Shown here: one piece after another, positions 15,973-24,841 of the stretch
Numbering within the stretch: position 1 is the first letter of the stretch
Layout: each line of letters opens with the position of its first letter
DNA from: a virus
Lineage: Duplodnaviria > Caudoviricetes
Strand: one strand, 5' to 3'
DNA length: 28,851 nt
IMG/VR virus record: IMGVR_UViG_3300025751_000100
Span: 1-28,851 of that record
Notes under the pieces: generated by a model
Databases searched by the model: none
What the model was told of the DNA's origin: nothing
Seen by the model: the letters and a program-made list of their open reading frames with translations, nothing else
Program-made: the position numbers and the translations under genes

Positions 15973-16237
15973 CTGAAATCACCCAACCATTTTGCTTTGT
16001 GTTTGTATGCCAGTTGCCATCCATCCAATAACACTCATAGACTGCACAAGACACTTTGCCCGTGGTGTCATCAAGCCATACGTTTAGGTCAAACATCCTG
16101 TCACCTATCTGATACCCATACCATGCGTCATGCTCTTTGTCGCCAGTAAAGTAGGTAATAAAATCCGGCAGGGCATCAGTTTCGTAGTGGGCAATCAAAT
16201 CCCTGCGTTCATAATCATTCAGTTGTAAGGTCTGCAT
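15959..16237 (-). CDS. Hypothetical early protein
   Basis: Likely start MQTLQLND (leader GGGAACCGAACG). Confidence 0.65.
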   Translation of the reverse strand: MQTLQLNDYERRDLIAHYETDALPDFITYFTGDKEHDAWYGYQIGDRMFDLNVWLDDTTGKVSCAVYECYWMDGNWHTNTKQNGWVISDEER

Positions 16238-16376
16238 CGTTCGGTTCCCATTTCTTGATACGGAAAAATATAGGCAAGTTTCTTTGTTTGATCTCTCGCC
16301 CCGCTCTGTCATACTCTGGCGTAATTTCAGGTATTTGTAAAGCCTGTTTCAATTCTTCAATCGTTGGTACGTTCAT
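16215..16376 (-). CDS. Hypothetical early protein (53 aa, not in ORF track)
   Basis: Manual translation MNVPTIEELKQALQIPEITPEYDRAGREIKQRNLPIFFRIKKWEPNDADLTTE, leader GAGGAAACCGACG-ATG. Confidence 0.6.
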   Translation of the reverse strand: MNVPTIEELKQALQIPEITPEYDRAGREIKQRNLPIFFRIKKWEPNDADLTTE

Positions 16377-16596
16377 CGTCGGTTTCCTCAACTAACTGTG
16401 TTGACATTTTGTCCCATTCGCCACGCCGCATACGAAACTTCTTGTTTTGTACAGGGGTGCAAACACGAACCCATTTGTGTCCGACAACAGCCCATACGAG
16501 CCGTGTGCCGGATACTGGTAATCGCAAATCGTAGAAATCTACACGGTATAGTTTAGCCGTGTCCCACGTTGCTTCTTTTGGTCTAGCTATTTTCAT
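16357..16596 (-). CDS. Hypothetical early protein
   Basis: Likely start MKIARPKE, overlaps both neighbours. Motif GTRLVWAVVGHKWV. Confidence 0.6.
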   Translation of the reverse strand: MKIARPKEATWDTAKLYRVDFYDLRLPVSGTRLVWAVVGHKWVRVCTPVQNKKFRMRRGEWDKMSTQLVEETDDERTND

Positions 16597-16870
16597 CACT
16601 GCCCATGTTGAAATGATAGTGTAGCTTGTCTGCCATTTCTTGCAACTTCTGCAAGTCATACACAGTTACTGCCTTGATGCCGCCCATGTCAACATCTAGC
16701 GCAGTGTTCAACATCTCTTGTAATAGTTTCTGTGTGTCCAAGACAGTAGCACGTTGGTCATGGGTCAGATGATTCATTCTACGCCATCTATCTGCACGTT
16801 CTTTAGCCCGTTGGTTTTCCCAATAGGCTATACGTTCGTCCATTGTCATGTTTTCAAGCTTCTTAGCCAT
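16583..16870 (-). CDS. Hypothetical early protein
   Basis: Likely start MAKKLENM (leader GAAGGGAACGAACG). Confidence 0.7.
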   Translation of the reverse strand: MAKKLENMTMDERIAYWENQRAKERADRWRRMNHLTHDQRATVLDTQKLLQEMLNTALDVDMGGIKAVTVYDLQKLQEMADKLHYHFNMGSDENS

Positions 16871-17078
16871 CGTTCGTTCCCTTCTTCTGTGGATACATCC
16901 ATTCAGCATTGTAATAGATAACTTCCCAATTAATACCAATACAGGCATCATGGTTGTGTTTTAGGTTGTGTAACACTTCCAGTGCCTGTTCTCTGGTGAG
17001 CCAGTCACACTCCTGCATCACATCTTCAACAGACCACACAATTGCAATCTCATCATCTTTTAGTTCTAGTTTTTCCAT
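16863..17078 (-). CDS. Hypothetical early protein
   Basis: 71 aa (IVWSVEDV...HDACIGINWEVI), identical leader GAAGGGAACGAACG. Confidence 0.72.
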   Translation of the reverse strand: MEKLELKDDEIAIVWSVEDVMQECDWLTREQALEVLHNLKHNHDACIGINWEVIYYNAEWMYPQKKGTNDG

Positions 17079-17111
17079 CGTTCGTTCCCTTCATTGATTA
17101 ACGATACATAA

Positions 17112-17180
17112 CCAATATCGGTTATCAAACAGGCTGTCAACAAAAAAAGAAACGGGGCTGGAAAATTAATTCCAACCCCG
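17112..17180 (-). terminator. Intrinsic terminator immediately followed by a candidate promoter
   Basis: Minus strand CGGGGTTGGAA...TTCCAGCCCCG-TTTCTTTTTTT (17180-17142), then TTGACA (17140-17135), 17 nt spacer, TATTGG (weak -10). Confidence 0.65.
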
Positions 17181-17206
17181 CTCCCCAACCAACGAACGAA
17201 ACAACC

Positions 17207-17461
17207 TCACGACACCTCGTAAGGTATTCCTAGTCTTAACACCACCTGTTTGTGTTCGTCAAGCCATTTTTTGCAATCATATCGACTTTTTCCAATAAAA
17301 ATTGCAACGTGCCGTAAATAGTCCACGCAATCTTTTGATTTCACCAGTTCACGATCTGTCTCACCTATACGGACAGATGATACAGGAACACACAAAGCCC
17401 ACTGATAATCTGGGCGTTCGACAATTTCTATTTCAAGTTTTTCAGTCTTCAACGATTTCAT
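17207..17461 (-). CDS. Hypothetical protein
   Basis: 84 aa, SD GAGGA, overlaps the upstream gene's end. Confidence 0.65.
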   Translation of the reverse strand: MKSLKTEKLEIEIVERPDYQWALCVPVSSVRIGETDRELVKSKDCVDYLRHVAIFIGKSRYDCKKWLDEHKQVVLRLGIPYEVS

Positions 17462-17648
17462 TCGATTCCTCTTTCAAAGCATCTAGGTATATGTCGATAG
17501 CTTCCCTGATCAAGTCTGCTACTGCTACCTGTTCCAAACTTTTCTTGTGCATCTCTTTAGCAAAAACCGACAATTCATCAAACTGTTTTTGTTTCATCAA
17601 CAAAACGTATGTCTTTGTCGGCTCATCTATCTTTGGTGGTCGAGCCAT
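17442..17648 (-). CDS. Ribbon-helix-helix-like transcriptional regulator
   Basis: MARPPK...TKTYVLLM (strand), helix, then VADLIREAIDIYL (RHH helix B pattern). SD AAGGA. Confidence 0.6.
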   Translation of the reverse strand: MARPPKIDEPTKTYVLLMKQKQFDELSVFAKEMHKKSLEQVAVADLIREAIDIYLDALKEESNEIVED

Positions 17649-17772
17649 CCCGCATTTCCTTTTCAGATAGTTTATCCAATTTACTTTTCTTTTTATTAGG
17701 TATAACCTGTTTATTATATTGTTTGTCCCTTAGGGATTTAGCTATCGGGTTTATTTTATTAATAATTTTCAT
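17623..17772 (-). CDS. Small basic protein (49 aa) with an ArfA-like pattern
   Basis: Manual translation MKIINKINPIAKSLRDKQYNKQVIPNKKKSKLDKLSEKEMRDGSTTKDR, SD GGGGA. Confidence 0.55.
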   Translation of the reverse strand: MKIINKINPIAKSLRDKQYNKQVIPNKKKSKLDKLSEKEMRDGSTTKDR

Positions 17773-17885
17773 AGTAAGTTATCCCCATAGGGTAGGTTAA
17801 ATAAATAGGTAGCATGATGTGTCAAGCACTGTCAATCAAAAAAATGCAGTTGACAAGGTTTGTTGTATCGATTATTCCTTGTGAC

Positions 17886-18686
17886 ATGAAATCACCAAAT
17901 TGGCTAAAAGGTTATGTTGAATCGCTGGACATCCAGCCATTGGGACGCTATCGTGCGGACTGCCCTGTGTGTGGCAAGTCCAACACATTTACCGTAACCG
18001 ATGATGGATTGCAACGTCTGTGGTTCTGCTTTCATGCAGACTGCAACGTGTCTGGTCGAACTGGCATAGTCCTTTCAAAAGACTTTGCAAAGATTGCAAT
18101 CAAAAAACCGACAGGCAGGGCTGACAAAGTTTTGCCTGTCAAATTCTCTGTGCCGGATACTTTCGTCAGTCTTTCCAGAAACTTAGACGCCGAACTTTAT
18201 GTAAGATCTGTACATGCGTACGATGCATATTTGTCTGGTGCGGCTGACATTCGGTACGATTTTAAGCGCAACCGTGTTGCCTACATAGTCAAGACTGACA
18301 ATAAAATTGTAGATGCGGCTGGGCGTTCCTTAGACGGACGTAACCCGAAGTGGTACAGGTATAATAATTCATCTGTTCCCTTTGCTTGCGGCGACAAGGC
18401 AACGGCATTGCTTGTTGAAGATTGTGCAAGTGCCTGTGCAGTTAGTAATCTAGTAACGGGCGTGGCTCTGTTGGGAACCAACCTGCTAGACGAACACATT
18501 GAATTTTTATCCAAGTACAAGCGGGTTTTTGTTGCGCTTGACAAAGATGCAACCGACAAGGCTCTTGACATGGTAAAGATTCTATGTAGAAAAGTACCTA
18601 CAAAACTTATGGTCTTAGACCGCGATTTGAAAAACCTAAACAACGAGGAACGAAATGAGTTCATACGATCCTATATCGATAGATAA
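17886..18686 (+). CDS. DNA primase (Zn ribbon + TOPRIM)
   Basis: CPVC...CFHADC zinc-binding domain, GRSLDG..PKW, LLVED and VALDKD TOPRIM acids. Likely start MKSPNW. Confidence 0.88.
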   Translation: MKSPNWLKGYVESLDIQPLGRYRADCPVCGKSNTFTVTDDGLQRLWFCFHADCNVSGRTGIVLSKDFAKIAIKKPTGRADKVLPVKFSVPDTFVSLSRNLDAELYVRSVHAYDAYLSGAADIRYDFKRNRVAYIVKTDNKIVDAAGRSLDGRNPKWYRYNNSSVPFACGDKATALLVEDCASACAVSNLVTGVALLGTNLLDEHIEFLSKYKRVFVALDKDATDKALDMVKILCRKVPTKLMVLDRDLKNLNNEERNEFIRSYIDR

Positions 18687-19884
18687 GCAGATACTTGGTT
18701 TTTGTTTGAACGCTAACTTTTTTGGTAGCGTCAAGAACATCATCGACAGAACGATGTTTGAAAAAGAGATGCGTGACATATTTGACACGTTAACCTATTC
18801 ACATACCAAGTATGGAAAAGACTTAACTATCAATGAGTTAGCTAGTCTGTTCAATGACCGCAACCCTGCTATGCCCGATGCGGCTCGTAAGAAAGTACAA
18901 GAAACTATTGCAACCCTAGATGTCGGCAACGCTGACAATGCTGATTTGCACCTAGACTTGGTACACAATTTCTGGTTGCGTGATCGTGCGCGGCAGATAG
19001 GCGAGAAGGCTATCGAAATCTTTACAGGCGATAGTGAGGAATTTGGTGAGTTACGCCGCCTCATTGAAACTGTAGAGGATGGACGCATCAGCGACAAAAC
19101 TACCTATACTAAAGTCGATGATGACTTGGATACCCTGCTAAACGATGAGGCTGGTGATCCCGACTTCCCTTTCACTTACGATCTGATCAGTGAGAACGTT
19201 GGCGGATTGGATCGTGGCAACTTGGGTATATTGTTTGCCCGTCCAGAAGTTGGCAAGACAACGTTCTGTTGCTTCCTTGCCGCATCGTACATCAAGCAGG
19301 GGTTCAAGGTTGTGTATTGGGCGAACGAGGAGCCAGCCCCTAAGATTAAGTTGCGTATCATCCAGTCGTACTTTGGTTTGACACGGGAAGAGATGGTCAG
19401 GGATAGGGTCAGCCTGTCGGTTAAGTATGCTGATGAGATTGCCCCGTTGCTTACCATCATGGATTCAGTTGGCACGTCGGTTGAGGAAGTCGATGAGTAT
19501 GCCAAGCTAAACAAGCCTGACGTTATGTTCTGTGACCAGCTAGATAAGTTTCGTATTGCTGGCGAGTTCAATCGTGGAGATGAACGCCTCAAGGAAACCT
19601 ATGTGTTCGCACGAGAAATAGCTAAAAGAAACAAGACCTTAGTGTGGGCTGTTAGTCAGGCAAACTATGAGGCACACGACAGGCAGTGGATCGACTATTC
19701 AATGTTGGACAACTCACGCACAGGTAAGGCGGGTGAAGCTGACATAATTATTGGTATTGGCAAGACAGGGTCTAGTGAGGTAGAAAATACTGTACGTCAC
19801 ATTTGCATATCCAAGAATAAGCTGAATGGTTGGCACGGTATGATCAACGGTCAAATCGACATCGAACGAGGGGTTTATTACTGA
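18655..19884 (+). CDS. Replicative SF4 (DnaB/T7 gp4-like) helicase
   Basis: Walker A FARPEVGKT, ANEE, FCDQLDK, AVSQ, EADIIIGI, ISKNK. Confidence 0.92.
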   Translation: MSSYDPISIDKQILGFCLNANFFGSVKNIIDRTMFEKEMRDIFDTLTYSHTKYGKDLTINELASLFNDRNPAMPDAARKKVQETIATLDVGNADNADLHLDLVHNFWLRDRARQIGEKAIEIFTGDSEEFGELRRLIETVEDGRISDKTTYTKVDDDLDTLLNDEAGDPDFPFTYDLISENVGGLDRGNLGILFARPEVGKTTFCCFLAASYIKQGFKVVYWANEEPAPKIKLRIIQSYFGLTREEMVRDRVSLSVKYADEIAPLLTIMDSVGTSVEEVDEYAKLNKPDVMFCDQLDKFRIAGEFNRGDERLKETYVFAREIAKRNKTLVWAVSQANYEAHDRQWIDYSMLDNSRTGKAGEADIIIGIGKTGSSEVENTVRHICISKNKLNGWHGMINGQIDIERGVYY

Positions 19885-20468
19885 TGAACGTTATGACATT
19901 TGACGTGGAAACAACCCACATACACAAGGATAGCGGCGGCACTACTGCCCTGCCATACTTTGGAAACCGACTCGTATCCATCGGGTACAAACGTCTGTCT
20001 TCACCCTACATACACTACCACTGCTATTACCACGCAGACAGGCAAGCCCACGACTTTGCCCCAGAATTATTCCAAGAGGCACTTGACGAAGCTGATGTAG
20101 TTGTGGGACAAAACATCAAGTTTGACTTATCGTGGATACGGGAGTGCGGGTTTGTTTATGACGGTCATATCTTTGATACGATGGTGGCGGAATATGTCCT
20201 ATCGAAAGCCCAGCGTTGGCCTCTTGGACTTGCTTCTCTTGCAGAAAAGTATGACGTTACCCGCAAGGAGAAAGACCTTGTGGAGCCGTATCTTAAAAGC
20301 GGTAAGACCTTCTACGATATACCGTGGGAGATAGTAGAAGAGTACGGTAAAGCTGACGTACTTGCTACAGAAGAAATTGCAGTTAAACAGCTAGAAGCCT
20401 TTGGCACTACCTTTGAGGAATTATATAATGCAACGGACTTTACTACCGACATTGAGATTGTCGCTTGA
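19884..20468 (+). CDS. 3'-5' proofreading exonuclease domain of family A DNA polymerase, separate ORF
   Basis: ExoI FDVET, ExoII QNIKFD, FDTMVAEY, ExoIII YGKADV. ATG overlaps the helicase TGA. Confidence 0.88.
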   Translation: MNVMTFDVETTHIHKDSGGTTALPYFGNRLVSIGYKRLSSPYIHYHCYYHADRQAHDFAPELFQEALDEADVVVGQNIKFDLSWIRECGFVYDGHIFDTMVAEYVLSKAQRWPLGLASLAEKYDVTRKEKDLVEPYLKSGKTFYDIPWEIVEEYGKADVLATEEIAVKQLEAFGTTFEELYNATDFTTDIEIVA

Positions 20469-21969
20469 GATGACAGACGTTCTGGCTCGTATGGAGCGGA
20501 ATGGCCTGAAGATTAACTTAGATACCCTAGAAGATATCCGACAGGAATACCAGCAGGAGATGGATGAACTTGAGGTTCGCCTAGAACGCCTCGCACGGGA
20601 CGCTATGGGGGATACCCCTGTCAACCTGTCCAGCCCCGATGACAGGAGCGTGTTGCTCTATTCGCGGCGTGTTAAAGATAAGAAGACGTGGTCACGCATC
20701 TTCAACTTGGGACACGAGATGCGCGGCAACACAATGAAGCCCAAGATGCGTACACGGATGAAGCGTGGCGAGTTCAAGTCTGCCGTGAAGAACATGACTG
20801 AAGTTGTGTACAAGACACGGGGACAACAGTGTGATGAGTGTAGGGGAGAGGGTCGGTTTCATCCACGCAAGAAGGATGGCACGATAGGAAAGGCTGTGCG
20901 TGTCTGTCGGCGGTGTGACGGGGCTGGTGTTCTTTATATACCTACACGGGAAGTAGCTGGATTCAAGCTGATACCTCGTGATCCGATGGACACGGCGGCG
21001 GCAGGTTTCAAAACCGACAAGGTTACCTTAGAAAACCGACAAACCGACTTGATGGGTGATGCCCACGAATTCGTTGTAGCCTATGTGCGCTACAGTGCTT
21101 TGCGTACCTATCTGTCAACTTTTGTAGAAGGAATGAAAAATAATGTTGACGCGAATAATTTCATCCATCCTGAATTCATGCAATGTATTACGGCAACGGG
21201 TCGTCTTTCGTCTAGGAATCCTAACTTTCAGAATATGCCGCGTGGAAGTACCTTCGCTATACGGAAGGTTGTCGAGAGCCGCTTCACGGGTGGCTTTATA
21301 CTTGAGGGGGATTACTCGCAACTAGAATTCAGGGTAGCGGGTTTCTTGTCTAAGGATGCACAAGCCTACATTGATGTGAAGGATGGTACTGATGTTCACA
21401 GCTATACTGCAAGCGTTATCGGATGCACACGTCAAGAAGCAAAGGCACACACGTTCAAGCCTTTGTATGGCGGTGTCAGTGGTACAGAAAATCAGCAACG
21501 CTACTATCGTGCGTTCAAGGAAAAGTATGAGGGCGTTACTGAGTGGCACAAGGAACTGCAGAAAGAAGCTGTAAGAACAAAAGTTATAACATTGCCAAGC
21601 GGTAGACAGTACGCTTTCCCGTCAGCCCGTTGGACTGAGTGGGGTACAGCCACAAACCGTACGGCTATCTGTAACTATCCAGTACAGGGGTTTGCAACAG
21701 CCGACTTGTTGCCAGCCGCTCTGGTTCGCCTAGATAAAATGATGCGTGTAAGAAATCTGAATTCTGTAATTTGCAATACTGTACACGATTCGATTGTATT
21801 GGATGTACATCCAGATGAAAAAGAGACTTGCATCGGGCTGTTAGCCTATGCTATGAAGAGTTTACCTGAAGAAACAGTCAATCGGTACGGTGTCGAGTAC
21901 GATATGCCTGTCGGAATAGAATTAAAAATAGGCAAAAATTGGCTTGACTCTGAAGAAGTAGAACTGTAA
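20428..21969 (+). CDS. polA: Family A DNA polymerase (thumb/palm/fingers) with DnaJ-type zinc finger insert
   Basis: TATGRLSS.NPNFQN, motif A DYSQLEFR, motif B RQEAKAHTFKPLYG (Phe at the E. coli 762 position), NYPVQG, motif C VHDS. Insert CDECRGEG...CRRCDGAG. Own SD GAGGA 8 nt upstream. Confidence 0.93.
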   Translation: MQRTLLPTLRLSLEMTDVLARMERNGLKINLDTLEDIRQEYQQEMDELEVRLERLARDAMGDTPVNLSSPDDRSVLLYSRRVKDKKTWSRIFNLGHEMRGNTMKPKMRTRMKRGEFKSAVKNMTEVVYKTRGQQCDECRGEGRFHPRKKDGTIGKAVRVCRRCDGAGVLYIPTREVAGFKLIPRDPMDTAAAGFKTDKVTLENRQTDLMGDAHEFVVAYVRYSALRTYLSTFVEGMKNNVDANNFIHPEFMQCITATGRLSSRNPNFQNMPRGSTFAIRKVVESRFTGGFILEGDYSQLEFRVAGFLSKDAQAYIDVKDGTDVHSYTASVIGCTRQEAKAHTFKPLYGGVSGTENQQRYYRAFKEKYEGVTEWHKELQKEAVRTKVITLPSGRQYAFPSARWTEWGTATNRTAICNYPVQGFATADLLPAALVRLDKMMRVRNLNSVICNTVHDSIVLDVHPDEKETCIGLLAYAMKSLPEETVNRYGVEYDMPVGIELKIGKNWLDSEEVEL

Positions 21970-22008
21970 TATCTATCTACAACCCTAAAATAAGGAGCAT
22001 GAAAAATC

Positions 22009-22869
22009 ATGGATACAGGGACAGACGTAATGAACATTGACGATATGGACGCAATTGTTTCAGCATTTAATAGTGACGATGCTGAAGCCCTAATGGAAGC
22101 AAGCGGTCAAGGCGGTAATACCAACCGTCAGGTCGGTTTGCCTCGCCTCAACATCAACTACGATGCAGAGACTGAAGATGGTAAGACCCTGCCTCGTGGT
22201 GCGTGGAAGATGTACCTAGATGGTCGGTTTATCTACGCAGAGAAAGTAAGCATGAGATTTATACTGCGTACTTTTGAATATAGCCTGTGGGATCAGGAGA
22301 GTGGTGCCTTTTCATCTAAGTCGGTACAAAAACCGACGCTGTCTGGTATGTTCCCATCAACCGATGGTATCAATAAAGCTGGAAGATTGACTCGTGAGGA
22401 AGAGGAGAAACTATCGAAAGATGACCCCGCCTACTTGCGATCACGTGCCGTTGTTTGTAATCAGGTTATTTATGGTAAGATATCTGGTGACTTCAAGACA
22501 GCAGATGGAACCGACGTGAAGGTTGAAGACCAGCCAGTGGTTGCGTACTTCAAGCGTTCCGGTTACAAACCTATCGGCGATTTTATTGGCGGCTTGTCTA
22601 AGCAAAAGAAGCTTATGCAGAAGTGTGAGATCTCCCTTACTACACATCGCCATAAAAATGGTAGCGTAACTTTCTGGACTCCTGTGCCAGCATTGGAGAA
22701 GGAAGTCTATATCACAGATCAGGATAAGGAACTCATGGGCATGTTTGCAGAGACTGTAAAGGGTCACAATGAGAACGTTATGAATCAGCATCGTGAGGCT
22801 GTAAAGCTTCTTGCTGACGATGACGACATTGATCTGGCGGCGGACTTCGAAGATGCTAACGCTGCTTAA
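22009..22869 (+). CDS. Putative single-stranded DNA-binding protein
   Basis: 286 aa directly after the polymerase, beta-rich, with an acidic C-terminal tail DDDDIDLAADFEDANAA. SD TAAGGAG. Confidence 0.55.
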   Translation: MDTGTDVMNIDDMDAIVSAFNSDDAEALMEASGQGGNTNRQVGLPRLNINYDAETEDGKTLPRGAWKMYLDGRFIYAEKVSMRFILRTFEYSLWDQESGAFSSKSVQKPTLSGMFPSTDGINKAGRLTREEEEKLSKDDPAYLRSRAVVCNQVIYGKISGDFKTADGTDVKVEDQPVVAYFKRSGYKPIGDFIGGLSKQKKLMQKCEISLTTHRHKNGSVTFWTPVPALEKEVYITDQDKELMGMFAETVKGHNENVMNQHREAVKLLADDDDIDLAADFEDANAA

Positions 22870-23746
22870 AATACAAGACTACATGACTAAGGCTCTCAGG
22901 GGGGAAACTACTGTCTCCCCTGAGACTCTTGCTGCCTTTCAAAAAGAATGCAGCGACTCTGTAGTTAAACAACTTACAACTGAACGCGGCGGTTACCGTA
23001 TTCGTATGTCGGGCTTGGGTCGTCCTCTTTGCCAACAGGTTTTGGATAAGCAGGGCATCAAGGAAGAGATGGAATATAATACCCTGTTCAGGTTTATGTT
23101 CGGTGATCTAACGGAATCTATCATCATGCTAATTATGAAAGAGGCGGGGGTAGACATCGTTGACTATCAACGTGCTGTTGAATTGAAGATTGGTGATGAG
23201 GTTGTAAAGGGAACTCTTGACGTTATCATCCGTGATGAAACTGGTGTCGAGAAAGTTTGGGATGTTAAGTCAGCCAGTGATTGGGCATTCAACTATAAGT
23301 TTACAGGACTAGGTGGATATGAAAAGCTAAAGGAAGACGATCCCTTTGGCTATCTCATGCAGGGGTTCTTGTATGCTGAAGCAACCGACATGCCGTTTGG
23401 CGGGTGGATTGTCGTTAACAAATCCAACGGTCAGGTAGCTATCGTTGAGGTTCCTGACTGGTCACAAGATGACAAAGAAGCATACCTGAAGGATGCGGCA
23501 GAGCGTATCAAGTTTCTTAACAACCCCGACGTAAAGCCATTCAAGCCGTACAAGGCTGTGCCTGAAACGTACAAGAAGGATGGCGAGGTTGTAGAGACTG
23601 GAAACAAACTACTACCGAAGGAATGCAACTTGTGTGGTTACAGACATCACTGCTGGCCTAATGCAGTCTTGCACGACCGTGTTACGTCACGGGCTAAGAA
23701 TCCACCGCAAGTTTGGTACGCCACTTTAAAGAAGAAGGAAGTATGA
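22853..23746 (+). CDS. PD-(D/E)XK (RecB/Cas4-like) exonuclease
   Basis: RMSGLGRPLC, GTLD, WDVKS, GYLMQGFLY, CNLCGYRHHC. Confidence 0.8.
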   Translation: MLTLLKIQDYMTKALRGETTVSPETLAAFQKECSDSVVKQLTTERGGYRIRMSGLGRPLCQQVLDKQGIKEEMEYNTLFRFMFGDLTESIIMLIMKEAGVDIVDYQRAVELKIGDEVVKGTLDVIIRDETGVEKVWDVKSASDWAFNYKFTGLGGYEKLKEDDPFGYLMQGFLYAEATDMPFGGWIVVNKSNGQVAIVEVPDWSQDDKEAYLKDAAERIKFLNNPDVKPFKPYKAVPETYKKDGEVVETGNKLLPKECNLCGYRHHCWPNAVLHDRVTSRAKNPPQVWYATLKKKEV

Positions 23747-24126
23747 TGCCGTACCTGTTTGTAAAAAACTACGAGGTAGATTTGATGAGCATGAATAAAA
23801 GCTTACATCATATCTACATTGAGTCGGTTTCCAAGTCAGGGGGAGAACGTCGGGTAGCCCAGATGCGTTTGCATGAAAACGGGCTACCCCTCACCCTTGT
23901 AAACAACTACAGCAAGGAAGGTTCGCTTCACGCAGATACGGAAGTTAGGGATATAAAGACTGTAGAAGAAGAATTACAGCGTATAAGTAGAAAATCTTTT
24001 AACGGGGCTTATGTATGTGTGCCGATGCACCCTTTAACAACAGAACTTACCAACATCGAAAGACTATCCCCAAAACTGGCAGGGTACTTGATAAAAAGAT
24101 TTCAATCGATAGGGCTAGAGTTTTGA
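23743..24126 (+). CDS. Hypothetical protein
   Basis: Start MMPYLF overlaps the upstream stop, SD GAAGGA. Confidence 0.65.
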   Translation: MMPYLFVKNYEVDLMSMNKSLHHIYIESVSKSGGERRVAQMRLHENGLPLTLVNNYSKEGSLHADTEVRDIKTVEEELQRISRKSFNGAYVCVPMHPLTTELTNIERLSPKLAGYLIKRFQSIGLEF

Positions 24127-24491
24127 AAAAAGCAGGGTACAGATCACAATTTGAACTTAATTTAGCTAGAATACTTACAGATAATAAAGTTCCATTCGAA
24201 TACGAAAAATCTAAATTCCAATATATTCCTGAACCTCGTAATTACACACCCGATTTTTATCTACCTGAAAGCGACATATACGTCGAGGCAAAGGGACACC
24301 TGACTAAAGACGACAGGGTTAAGATGTTGCTTGTAAAGAGGCAACACCCAGAGTTGGATATTCGTTTTGTGTTTCTTCGGGCGTCAAATAAGATTTACAA
24401 AGGCAGTAAGACGACGTATGCTGCATGGTGTGAACGATATGATTTTATATGGGCTGAAGGCTCAATCCCAACAGATTGGTATAAAAAATGA
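24123..24491 (+). CDS. Endonuclease I (T7 gp3-like Holliday junction resolvase)
   Basis: YRSQFE, FEYE, YTPDF, VEAKG, LDIRFVF, SKTTYAAWC. Probable TTG start overlapping the upstream stop. Confidence 0.88.
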   Translation: MKKAGYRSQFELNLARILTDNKVPFEYEKSKFQYIPEPRNYTPDFYLPESDIYVEAKGHLTKDDRVKMLLVKRQHPELDIRFVFLRASNKIYKGSKTTYAAWCERYDFIWAEGSIPTDWYKK

Positions 24492-24841
24492 CAGACGATG
24501 AAGAGATGCACAAGAATGCGGAAGTGATGTCCCTTTTGCCGGACAGATACTACATCATTCTCAGATCGACAGGTGACAATGAATTCACCTTGTCTGCCTA
24601 TGACACAACCGACAATACCTACGAGGAAGACGAAGACTTTACGTCTGCAATGGTTGTACAAGAAGGTGTGTTGGACTTGATCCGCTTTCATACTGACGAT
24701 GTATACGACAGAGGCGTGGCGTCTATTCAATTCAAGTTGGTTGGTCAAGAGATGCTAGAGGATGCAGAGATCGATGATCCCAAGCTAACCAAGCAAGTTG
24801 AAGGTAACGTAATTAAAGTAGACTTTGGGAAGATGCAATGA
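24488..24841 (+). CDS. Hypothetical acidic protein
   Basis: 117 aa, coupled to both neighbours, ends GNVIKVDFGKMQ. Confidence 0.7.
   Translation: MTDDEEMHKNAEVMSLLPDRYYIILRSTGDNEFTLSAYDTTDNTYEEDEDFTSAMVVQEGVLDLIRFHTDDVYDRGVASIQFKLVGQEMLEDAEIDDPKLTKQVEGNVIKVDFGKMQ

Noticed and set aside
19884-21969. Polymerase pseudogene or programmed frameshift
   Set aside because: All catalytic motifs are intact, the second ORF has its own SD, and the CTTTGA at 20411 is not in the exonuclease frame. Kept as a split gene.
22853-23746. Cas4 as evidence of a CRISPR system
   Set aside because: Stand-alone Cas4/RecB-like exonucleases are routine in phage replication modules.
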